Origin: Caecitellus pseudoparvulus
Taxonomy: Eukaryota > Protista > Bigyra: Bicosoecida
Direction of reading: 5' to 3'
Length of the DNA: 64,000 nt
NCBI GenBank assembly: GCA_965644315.1
Contig: CBFFRQ010000018.1
Location: 62,001 to 126,000, forward strand
Below, piece by piece: positions 50,797 to 59,748 of this stretch. A program made the position numbers and the translations under genes. The notes beneath the pieces are model-generated. The model worked only from the letters and a program-made list of their open reading frames with translations, ran no database searches and had not been told where the DNA came from. Positions within the stretch are counted from its first letter, which is position 1; each line of letters starts with the position of its first letter.

Positions 50797-52172
50797 TCAC
50801 TCCGGGTTGCTGAACAAGTAGTTCGCAGCCGCCTCCTGGTTCTTGTCACAAATGAGATACGCCTCCAGAGCCCGCTGGCGAGAAAACCCCAACGCCTCCA
50901 GCGACTGGACGGCAGCAGCCTCCTCCTGCGTCAGGCGCACAACTCGGCTGCCGGGGGGTGCCCCGCCGCCACCGCCGCCTACGGCCAGAGCCTGCCCCAC
51001 AGCCTTGAGCTGGGCTGGAGCGATTTGCATGCTGGCGGCCATGGTGGCCAGCTGCTCGTCTGGCAAGTTTGCGATGAGAGCTCCCAGCAGCTGGGGGTTG
51101 AACCCTGGGGGCAGGCCAGGCACGCCGCCGCCGCCACCGCCAGCACCGTCAGCACCATCACCGCCTTCCCCCACCGGCTCATTGATGAAGTTGATGAACT
51201 CTTCCCGGTGTGTGGCGAGCCACTGCCCCAGAGCGGGGCTCTGCCGAGTGAGCATGGCGAGAACCTGGGGCAGGACACTGGGATCACTCTGCACCTGGCG
51301 CCGCAGCTGGTCAATGCCAGGGACAGACCGCAGCATGTCCAGCGGGGAGCTGCCGCCAGAGGTTGGGGCCGCAGAGGGGGCAGGTGACGGGGCCGAGGAG
51401 GCGGATGCCGCCGCCACGTCGGCGGGGATGCCGTCCAGAAGGTACTGCAGGGCGCGCTGGCCGTGGTTGAAGGCAGCACGCATCGCAGCGCGCACTTGCT
51501 CCTCTGGGAAGCCCATGGCCATCAGCTCCTGCACCTTGGCCTCCAGAGCAGCACCAGACAACACGCCGTCGCCACCCGAGGTCCCTGAGGCGCCGGTGTC
51601 CCCACCAGACCCCGCAGCATCGGTGGAGGCAGGGGGGGCTGCACCTGTAGTTGCAGCGGTGGCGGCACTTGCCGTGCTGCCGCCAGTTGCTGCTGCAGGT
51701 GCGGGCGCAGGCGTTGCTTTGGGCTTGGACTGCGACACGAACAGGCGCCAGGGAAGACGGGGTGCAGGCATCGCTATCTTGTCCGCAGCGCGCTGCTGCA
51801 GGTACGCACAGATGCCTTGGAAGGCAGGGCAACGAGGAATGGCTTGGCTTCGATGTTGTAGGAGGCCAGTGGCTTGTCGTCCTCCAGAACCTGGCAGCGG
51901 GAAACGTTGGCGTGGTGACGGAACCGGGACACGGATGCGGCGGCGCACCTCACCTTCCCAGAGAACACCAGCCGAAGGCCTGCTTCGAAGCCAGACTCCG
52001 CGGCTTGGATGACCTTCTTCGCCTCAGCGACCTGGGCGAGCAGCAAAAGGCGCTCAAAGTGGCGAACCCTGCTGGCGCGGCAAAGGCAGGGGCTGACACT
52101 GCTTACGGTGTCCTCGGGGTTCAGCTCCACCTCAAAGGTAGTGCCTCCCAGCCTCTTGACTTTCACCAACAT
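50797..52172 (-). CDS. RAD23: UV excision repair/ubiquitin receptor RAD23 (UBL-UBA-STI1/XPC-binding-UBA), 4 exons
   Basis: Introns 52106-52032, 51953-51891 and 51809-51730. UBL (LVFSGKVLEDDK), UBA1 (LMAMGFPEEQVRAAMRAAFN), XPC-binding region (LRRQVQSDPSVLPQVL) and UBA2 (LGFSRQRALEAYLICDKNQEAAANYL). Confidence 0.96.
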
Positions 52173-52805
52173 GATGAGTAGCTTGGTTCGTTGCTTGGCG
52201 CGGCTCCACGGTCTGGCGGGCGTCTGGAGCCCTGCACGTCAGTCGAGGCGCGTGGTGAAACGCCAGCTGCTGGCTCGAAACGCAAGGGGTACCAGGGGGG
52301 AGTCTGAGAGGGAAGCAGGCATGGATGTGATCTGTAGGGTTTTGTCAGCGGATACCGTATGAAAGAACTGTCCCGGAACGTGTTCATGGGCCTAACTTGG
52401 TGGCGGGGGCCGTCGGCGCCATGTGGCTGCACAGGTGGCCTTCGTGGCCTTGAAAAAGTGCCACAACGCGCGGTACACATGGCCAGTAGGATGGAAAGGA
52501 TGGCAAGGTCAGGTTGCTGCTCAGCTGCCCGGGTACTCTTGCGTCAAGCCACGAGCAGACATTGCAGAGGACCACAACGCATCGCCAACGCTTGCTCAAA
52601 CTACAAACTCTGTCGATTGCCGAGGTGCAACCCCTCGTTGGGGGTGCACCCGTCAGTTTCAGGGGTTGACAGCCGCTATTTCACCTGGCTGGGGCCGCCA
52701 GCGCACAGGCAGCACGGAAGACCTTGTTCTAGACTGAGCCGTGGCCGAAGTACTCACAGCCAAGCGTGTGCGTGCCCTGCAGAAGCCTGAGCTAGCTTGG
52801 TAGAG

Positions 52806-55800
52806 ATGGACCACAGGGCACACACACGAGAACAAGTGCCATTGGGGGGCATGGCTGTTGAAGCCGAGCCTGACTCTCGGAGGCGGGTGCTGGATGCTCT
52901 TGCGTCCAGCAAGGGTCACAGAGCCTGCAGCGTCGGCAGTGCGCCGTGCGTCTTGCTGCTTGTGTGCTTCGGCATTGCTTCTCTGGCAATAAGTGGACTG
53001 CGTGTGGAGTTGAGAGTGCAAGGCACTGATAGCCACCTTCGCCAGCAGACTGCAGGCCAGTCTCCGGGACATGTGGAAGGCAGTCCAATTTCCGCGGCAG
53101 AGCCCAGCCACCTCCCAGCTCAGCAGCCGCCCGTGCATGGAACACCCCCCCTGCCCACAAGCAACCCCGTCCACCTTTCTCCCTTAAAAGTTGCTGAGCA
53201 GCCTTCGCACCCTGCGCAGCCGTCCCCCTCGTCCACGTCTCCTGCGAAGGTGCAGCGCCTCCCAAATGGCTCGCCTGTGCCAACCCAAGCGGCCGCACGG
53301 CGGGCCGAGCTGCGTGAGGCATTCGAGCCCAGGCGGAAGCAGGTCAGGAAGGACCTACTGCACCTCATTCCGTCGCTTCGGGGCCCCTCGCGCAGCATGC
53401 TTCGAGCTGCCATCACCGCTGATCGGCGGACTGCGCTGGAGCATTGGGCAACGGAGTGCTCCAGCGAGCACAGCGCCGGGTCATCATGTGCATTTTCGTG
53501 CGATGCAGAGGCCTGGGAGCTGAACGTGCTTGTGTCCCTATCGGCAACCCCTGACAGTTCCCGTGGAGCTTGCCAGTACGGTGTCGATGCCGCGACCGTG
53601 GCGGACGCGGTGCAAGCCTCAGCTCCAAGCCACACCCCAACTTGCACAGCAATCGTGGCCTCAACAGGGAACCCCCGTAGGCTTGTGGTGTCCTTGGCAG
53701 AGGTCTTGGCCCGCTCCAGTCTGGGGCCCGCTGCAGCCGTTGGCCGCCTCACCATCATGGCAACACCAGACTGGAAAGCTGACGGACTGCCGTGGCCGGG
53801 AGCTGAGCTGCACATTGCCCCTACCGAGCTCCTGGCTGCAGCAGACTTGTTTGAGGCCACGTGCAGCGGCTGCTATGACTCGAAGGGTCTGCCCATGATC
53901 GGGAAGTATGTGGCGCCCATCACTGGAAGGAGCGGCAGGCACCGGCTGATCAGTACATGGCGTGCAGGGGAAGCGGCAGTGTCACGGGTGTCTGGCGACA
54001 AAGCCTTGGACCTGAACACAGCAGCGATGAACGAGACGTCACAATACTCCCTCGTTGCCATGCACCGCCGCTTGCTGGATCCCCTGGTCGCCAACACGAC
54101 GGCCGACATCCTCTCCCCCGACGTCTGGACCGCCCGCCCGCGGCAAGAAGCCCTCACCGTCCTGCTCTCCACTGCCACACCCACCATCCCTGGCTTCAGA
54201 GTCTTCACGCACCATGCTGCTGCTGCCGCACAGCTGTGGGCATGGGCTGCTCGTGACCCTGGCTCATGGAGCGCGGAGAGTGTGGACAGTGAGCTTGGTG
54301 GGCAAGGCCAGACGCCTGGTGAGAGTGGGGGTGTGCTGCGGCTGGGCAGTCGTTACTGGCGTTTCCCGCCGTCTGATCGTGGGTTTGTGAGTGATGAGAT
54401 GTTCGGGGGCTGTGCGTCGCAGTGCAAGGCGGTGTTCCGGACTGAGGGCGTGGTGGAGGGGGAGGGCGCGGTGCTGGTGCACGCACCGCGACAAGACACA
54501 GATGCGCCCCCGTTTCCACTGCAGTACGGAGCAACTGCTCATAAAGACCAGCTGTCAGCACCCAGCACAGCGACTGCACAGTGCCCACCTTGGGTGCCGT
54601 ACTTGCCAAGCGCCTGGGTGCCAGAGCAACCCCCTGTGCCCTTGCCGCAGTTCTACACTCTGCAGCTAGAGTCGGGGGCCAACCATGGCGAGGACTCCAC
54701 GCTCGCCCGCATGCGCGCGAACATCGCTGCATGGGGTCCAGGCGCCGCCCGGGCCCTGACGCTGTCCATGGTGGACGGGGCAGCGCCCTACGTGGACCAT
54801 GCCCAGATGGGTTTTCTGTACATTCCGTCAGCACTGCTGGACCCGGGCATGTCGCCGCTGACGACTGGCAAGGCGCGCATGCAGCCTGCAACTCAGACCG
54901 TGGGAGCATCTCCGGTGTTTAGCATAGTGCAAAACTGCATGGAGAAGCACAGCCGAATTGGCATCATGAAGAAGCTCCAGGCAGCCCTGAAGCCTCACGG
55001 CTACCCGGAGGGCATTCACCATGTGGGAAGGTGCCTGCACAACATCGAGCCAGGGAAGCACTTCGGCAGGCACAATCTGACCATGCCTGCTTCATATCCA
55101 GGGTGGTATTATTGGGGACCCACAGCGATGCGGCAGGGCTACAAAGTGCCTTTCGCGAGCTTCTGGAGGGAGCATGCGTGCTGGTTCGGTGCTTGGAAAG
55201 CCAAGCACAAGGCTTGGCTGGGCGCTGACAGCTGGAGGCCGTGCGGCACTGGCGCGCAGGAGCCCTGTCCAGAACTCGAAGAAGCCGACTTGGCAGAGTG
55301 CTCTGGTGCCAGCAGCTTCAAGGCGTCGTCGGGCGAGGTTACCGTCAACATGTGGCTCAGCAACAGAGACTTCCTTTACGAACAGCTGGCCATGGACCAG
55401 ATCATCCGCGGCATGTACAAGCTGGGCATCGCCATGGAAAACTCCAACTGCGTGCACTACGTCACCGAGAAACCCTACGTCATGCTCAACGGCGGCGCCA
55501 TCCCCATCGTGCGCAGCATTCGAGGCGTCCCAGCCTACCCTCGACACCTGCCGCCTGGCAGCTACCTGGACGTGGCGTGGTTCGCAGCGGCAGATGGCAC
55601 CTTGCCAGATGGCTATGCAGATGCGCTGGCTGCCACCATCGCGTTGATTGACAAGGAGCCCAGTGTGTTCTGGATGTTCCACGAGTGGCGGCGGTGGTGG
55701 CCGTGGACTGCCCGCGACCTGGCCATGGACTCCCCGCCCTCCGAGCGGCACACACCTCCCTACCTGAATGCGGAGCCCCTCATGTGCATGATGGCGTGGG

Positions 55801-56186
55801 ACCTGGCGTTGCAGGGTGTGCAGGTGGCGCCGGCGTCTGTGGCAGACCTGTTGGCGCCTGCCGTGGCCGCCTGTGGAGGCATGTCGAGCGTGAACTGCTC
55901 GGTGGTGTTGGGGGCGCTGCAGGTGGTGGGCGAGCGTGTGGTGGCGATGGGGGAAGTGGGGGTGCCTGATTGTGCTGGGGCGCAGGGGCTGTTTGCTGCT
56001 CGGGGCCAGCCTGAGGCGTTTGCCACGACGAGTGGCCGGGCTTGGTGTGATGTGTGTGACGACATGGCGAGGGGTGTGGGCGGGGGGTCTGTGTTGAGTT
56101 GGGAGGGGGGCCGGCTGCAGGTGCGTGGGCAGGTGAATCTGGCGCCGGACGCGGCGCTGTCCCCACAACAGACTTGCGTGTCGTAG
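52806..56186 (+). CDS. Alpha-1,3/4-fucosyltransferase-like protein (GT10), paralog B
   Basis: TM segment CVLLLVCFGIASLAI, stem and the same GT10 signature; shares near-identical blocks with 42189-45305. Confidence 0.82.
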   Translation: MDHRAHTREQVPLGGMAVEAEPDSRRRVLDALASSKGHRACSVGSAPCVLLLVCFGIASLAISGLRVELRVQGTDSHLRQQTAGQSPGHVEGSPISAAEPSHLPAQQPPVHGTPPLPTSNPVHLSPLKVAEQPSHPAQPSPSSTSPAKVQRLPNGSPVPTQAAARRAELREAFEPRRKQVRKDLLHLIPSLRGPSRSMLRAAITADRRTALEHWATECSSEHSAGSSCAFSCDAEAWELNVLVSLSATPDSSRGACQYGVDAATVADAVQASAPSHTPTCTAIVASTGNPRRLVVSLAEVLARSSLGPAAAVGRLTIMATPDWKADGLPWPGAELHIAPTELLAAADLFEATCSGCYDSKGLPMIGKYVAPITGRSGRHRLISTWRAGEAAVSRVSGDKALDLNTAAMNETSQYSLVAMHRRLLDPLVANTTADILSPDVWTARPRQEALTVLLSTATPTIPGFRVFTHHAAAAAQLWAWAARDPGSWSAESVDSELGGQGQTPGESGGVLRLGSRYWRFPPSDRGFVSDEMFGGCASQCKAVFRTEGVVEGEGAVLVHAPRQDTDAPPFPLQYGATAHKDQLSAPSTATAQCPPWVPYLPSAWVPEQPPVPLPQFYTLQLESGANHGEDSTLARMRANIAAWGPGAARALTLSMVDGAAPYVDHAQMGFLYIPSALLDPGMSPLTTGKARMQPATQTVGASPVFSIVQNCMEKHSRIGIMKKLQAALKPHGYPEGIHHVGRCLHNIEPGKHFGRHNLTMPASYPGWYYWGPTAMRQGYKVPFASFWREHACWFGAWKAKHKAWLGADSWRPCGTGAQEPCPELEEADLAECSGASSFKASSGEVTVNMWLSNRDFLYEQLAMDQIIRGMYKLGIAMENSNCVHYVTEKPYVMLNGGAIPIVRSIRGVPAYPRHLPPGSYLDVAWFAAADGTLPDGYADALAATIALIDKEPSVFWMFHEWRRWWPWTARDLAMDSPPSERHTPPYLNAEPLMCMMAWDLALQGVQVAPASVADLLAPAVAACGGMSSVNCSVVLGALQVVGERVVAMGEVGVPDCAGAQGLFAARGQPEAFATTSGRAWCDVCDDMARGVGGGSVLSWEGGRLQVRGQVNLAPDAALSPQQTCVS

Positions 56187-56192
56187 TCGCTA

Positions 56193-59100
56193 TCATGCGT
56201 CCCCCAGCGGAGTGAGGATGATGCGGTTGGGCTTGCCTTCACCTTGAGCTGACGGGAAGCTAACAGTTCCCGCTTGTCCAGTGCTTGACTTGTGAGCACA
56301 GTTCTGGCCCTGGGTGACAAGCGTCCCAGCTGGTGCTACTTTTCCGGGGTGTGCTCCAGCTCGTTTACGGCTGCCACTGTGGTGTTGTGACGAGTCTGCT
56401 GCACGGCCACCCCGATCTCTCTGCCTACTCTTGGACTTGCCCTGTGCTCCCACCCACCCAAATCGACGTGCGCACCAGAAGCAATGGGCGGGGCGCCTGC
56501 GACCGGTGCCATGTGGCTCATGCTGCAGAAGGTCAAGCTCAGCAGAGGTTGGCACGTGCCTGAAACCTGTGCCGCAGCGCAGAGTCCAGTGGGCATGCTG
56601 ATGCCGTGCCCAGCGGCTTGCAAATGTTTGTGCAGCTCTTTCCCCCATCGCGACCCTTATCTGCAGTGAAGTTCGCAGGGCCGGTAGTCCCTGGAACAGG
56701 TCTGCCCACTCTGGCGCAGCGGCCACATCGAAGGTGGTAAGCTCGCGACCCTCCGCTTCCGCCTGAAACTCAAGGAATGTAGTTGATGCAAGTGCTGCTT
56801 TTGCAATCGCCACAGCGGCGGCACCGTGGCCATCACGGCTTGTGAACGACACTGACGGCTCCAGGCCTCCAGCGGAGCCGCGCCCACAGCAAGCGGTCTG
56901 ACATGATGCTGCGAGTCTGCGCGCTGCTTTGCGGGTGCCCCAGATGAGGGCGATGCACAGAACAGCAGCGTGAGGGATGATGTTCACCTCCAAGATGCGA
57001 TCAAAGAACACTTCCGCCGCAGAGAAGGAGCTTGGGGTGTTTCGGACAAGCAAGGGAAACTGCTGCTCCACGGGCACTCCCCTGCCGCTGATGAAGATGC
57101 CACTCGTAAGCATCCACATGCCCAGGAGGGACCGAAGGACAAGCGCTACAATGAGCACTTGGGACGCTTTCTGTGGAATGGTGTTGTCGTGGTGCAGCGG
57201 GGAACTCAACACGCGGCAGAGCATGGTCTTGTCAAACCAGAACGCCAGCCCTGCTACAAGTGCTCCGACTGGAAGGAGCACTGGCAGCACAGCTGAAAAG
57301 ATGAGGCAGACAAAGATGGCACTGAATACTTGGCCCATCCGCACGGCCAGGGAGAAGCGGGGAAAGGTGAACAGGCGATCTAGCTCCCTTTGACTCCACT
57401 CAGTGACGCGTCCAGTCTCCACCGCACGCAGCCTCCAACTTCGAACGAGCAGCTTCGTAATCGGGATTGTATACGCTGCGAGCGCTTCATACAGCATGGT
57501 GACCACCATGCTGGTGCCCACATCCTTGAACCATTCAGGGGTGAAGTCACTGAACGCGCCCGCCTGAACCACCGACCCCAGCCCCAGTGCAGACACAGCT
57601 TGCTGGAAGTCAGCGTTGACTGTAATGGCCAGCAAGGCTGAGTTTATGAACTGCGGGTAGAGGAGGCCCTCGAACACACGTAGCTGTACGAAGTCCTTTC
57701 GGCTGTGGCGCTCAAACGCGACGACCTTGGTCACAAGGTGAACTAGCAACGCGTTTACCGTGACCACCACCAGCGGCGTCACGAAGGGGAGCACTTCTGC
57801 CGTCGGAAAGCTGCCCGAGCGGCCTGAGGCCTTTGCTATTGCAAGCTCTGCCTCCTTGTCTGCCTTCAGCTTCCTGGTGTGGTACAGCGTCGTGATTGTG
57901 CACAGCAGCAGAATGCAGACGCAGGCAGTGGATGTGGCTCTCCGCGCCACACGTTCGAACCATGGAACGCCGATGTTCCCCCACTCAATGTTGCTTGGCT
58001 TCGGACAAGCCTCTACCTTCGTTTGAAAGTCATCGGAAAGGTTGGCTTCGCGGGCCACGCAAGGCAGGCAAAGCAGTGTTGAGCCCTGCCCACCCAGGCT
58101 TGCTTCAAATGCCTGCTTGTCTTGCTGTGTTGACCACACCACAAAGCACCCCTGGGATGGCCTTTCATCAAGTACCTGCTGTACATGAAGTTGGATGTCT
58201 AGCACTCTTTTCGACATGTGCTCACGGGCGGAGAGAAGCGCAGCCACGAAGCGGCGCTGCTCTAGACTCAGCTGAACTGAACAACCTGCGCTGCGACCTG
58301 CAGAGGCTGCCGCCCCTGTCACCTTCTGACAAGCCGCGCCTTCACTCGACCCGCTGCCGCTGCGGTCGGTTGCGTCTCTTTCGTGGTCCCCCTGAAGCGC
58401 TGCATGGGCAAATGCCTCAGCTTCTCCGGGTTGCACATCCACTCCAGCAGCATGCAGCACGTGGCTGAGCCGGCAATCAACTTCCTCCATACGATCAAAC
58501 AGCGCCCGGCGCTCGGTACGCAGGGCAGCTGCGTGGCCAAGATGTGGGATGAGGTGAATGCAGTGAGGCTCAACGCCTGCATGACGCTGGAGTGCTTCCC
58601 CGATGTCATGTTCGCGTGTGCTGGCGGGCAGGGCGCCTGCAAGCCAGTGGGAGAAGCTATGGGCACCCAGTGTCTGCGATGCCAGCTCTAATGCTTCCAC
58701 TTGTTCAGCTTGGCGCAGCCACATGAGCGCGATGAGCAAGACTGCCGCTGCGAGCCCATCCAGGGCTGCCGCGAGCCCAACAGCTGATTCGCGATCAAGG
58801 AAGACCTCTACCGCTTCGTGAGAGAAAGACGCAGTTGCTTCTGATGCGTTGGTCGTGTAGAGTCCCATGTTTCCAGGGCTCAGCCAGAGGAACACGAGCT
58901 GAAGCTGGGACGACGCCGTGGATTCCGGCGCTGCGACGAAGTACCCTCCCGACCAGTACAGCGCCATGGCTGGCAGCTGAATCATGGTGAGGATGATGAA
59001 CGTCCAGAACATGAACTTGAGGAACTTGAAGTAGTTGGAAATACCTGGGCCAAAGTCCCTGAAGCTGCTGCGCGTGCCCTCGTGCAACGGGTCAAGGTGC

Positions 59101-59489
59101 ATGCATGGGCAGCTTGGCAAGCAATGGCGGCCGAGCGGTGTGTTGCAGACGCCGAGGCGCCGCATGCGCCCTTGTGGGTCTTCGATGTGGGGTGCGCACC
59201 GCAGAGCCTCTTGGCGTGCCCGAGAAGTGCTCGGTGCGTGCAAGAAGCCTCGCTCAGTCAAGGCTTGTTGTCTCTGCTCTGGCCCGCACCCTGTTGCGCT
59301 GCTTTGGTCGCCCTGTGCTGTCCCGTGAAGCCGAGACGAGCAGCAAGGCAGAGAAAGGCAATGGTATCGGTAAACTTGGGAGTTGTTTGGATCCTGGGGC
59401 AGTTTTCTTTCGTGAGGTGCCGTGCCTGCGGTCACGGTCGAATGTGGAGTGTGATGAGTTGGCGTTTCACGCTGCGTTTCTCCAGACAT
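56193..59489 (-). CDS. OSCA/TMEM63/CSC1-family mechano/osmosensitive channel (5' end uncertain)
   Basis: FGPGISNYFKFLKFMFW, GCFVVW, VEACPKPSNIEWGNIG, FERH, QFINSA, SDFTPEWFKDVG, LIFSAVLPVL and FWFDKTMLCR, with many TM segments. Confidence 0.85.
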   Translation of the reverse strand: MSGETQRETPTHHTPHSTVTAGTAPHERKLPQDPNNSQVYRYHCLSLPCCSSRLHGTAQGDQSSATGCGPEQRQQALTERGFLHAPSTSRARQEALRCAPHIEDPQGRMRRLGVCNTPLGRHCLPSCPCMHLDPLHEGTRSSFRDFGPGISNYFKFLKFMFWTFIILTMIQLPAMALYWSGGYFVAAPESTASSQLQLVFLWLSPGNMGLYTTNASEATASFSHEAVEVFLDRESAVGLAAALDGLAAAVLLIALMWLRQAEQVEALELASQTLGAHSFSHWLAGALPASTREHDIGEALQRHAGVEPHCIHLIPHLGHAAALRTERRALFDRMEEVDCRLSHVLHAAGVDVQPGEAEAFAHAALQGDHERDATDRSGSGSSEGAACQKVTGAAASAGRSAGCSVQLSLEQRRFVAALLSAREHMSKRVLDIQLHVQQVLDERPSQGCFVVWSTQQDKQAFEASLGGQGSTLLCLPCVAREANLSDDFQTKVEACPKPSNIEWGNIGVPWFERVARRATSTACVCILLLCTITTLYHTRKLKADKEAELAIAKASGRSGSFPTAEVLPFVTPLVVVTVNALLVHLVTKVVAFERHSRKDFVQLRVFEGLLYPQFINSALLAITVNADFQQAVSALGLGSVVQAGAFSDFTPEWFKDVGTSMVVTMLYEALAAYTIPITKLLVRSWRLRAVETGRVTEWSQRELDRLFTFPRFSLAVRMGQVFSAIFVCLIFSAVLPVLLPVGALVAGLAFWFDKTMLCRVLSSPLHHDNTIPQKASQVLIVALVLRSLLGMWMLTSGIFISGRGVPVEQQFPLLVRNTPSSFSAAEVFFDRILEVNIIPHAAVLCIALIWGTRKAARRLAASCQTACCGRGSAGGLEPSVSFTSRDGHGAAAVAIAKAALASTTFLEFQAEAEGRELTTFDVAAAPEWADLFQGLPALRTSLQIRVAMGERAAQTFASRWARHQHAHWTLRCGTGFRHVPTSAELDLLQHEPHGTGRRRPAHCFWCARRFGWVGAQGKSKSRQRDRGGRAADSSQHHSGSRKRAGAHPGKVAPAGTLVTQGQNCAHKSSTGQAGTVSFPSAQGEGKPNRIILTPLGDA

Positions 59490-59748
59490 GACAGAGAACT
59501 ACGTGCGCCCAACTGCTTGAGCACCGCTCGCAATTCTTCAACTTTCAGCACAAGATACAGGTTTCGCACAGCACGCGCTTGCAGGGCCCTTTCACAAGCA
59601 GTTGCAAGATCTGAATTGCTCCCAACTGGCGTGTGCCACCTTCGCCATTCCAAGAGCCGTTGGCAGCACCCCTGGCCATCTTGATCGTGGACAAGCATGC
59701 AAGCACACCGAGAAATACACACTTCCAGGCATTGGAATGCACTGCGGG

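Noticed and set aside
16466-52172. Introner-like (mobile, repeated) introns
   Set aside because: The introns share length and splice signals, but I saw no internal sequence similarity or terminal repeats between them.
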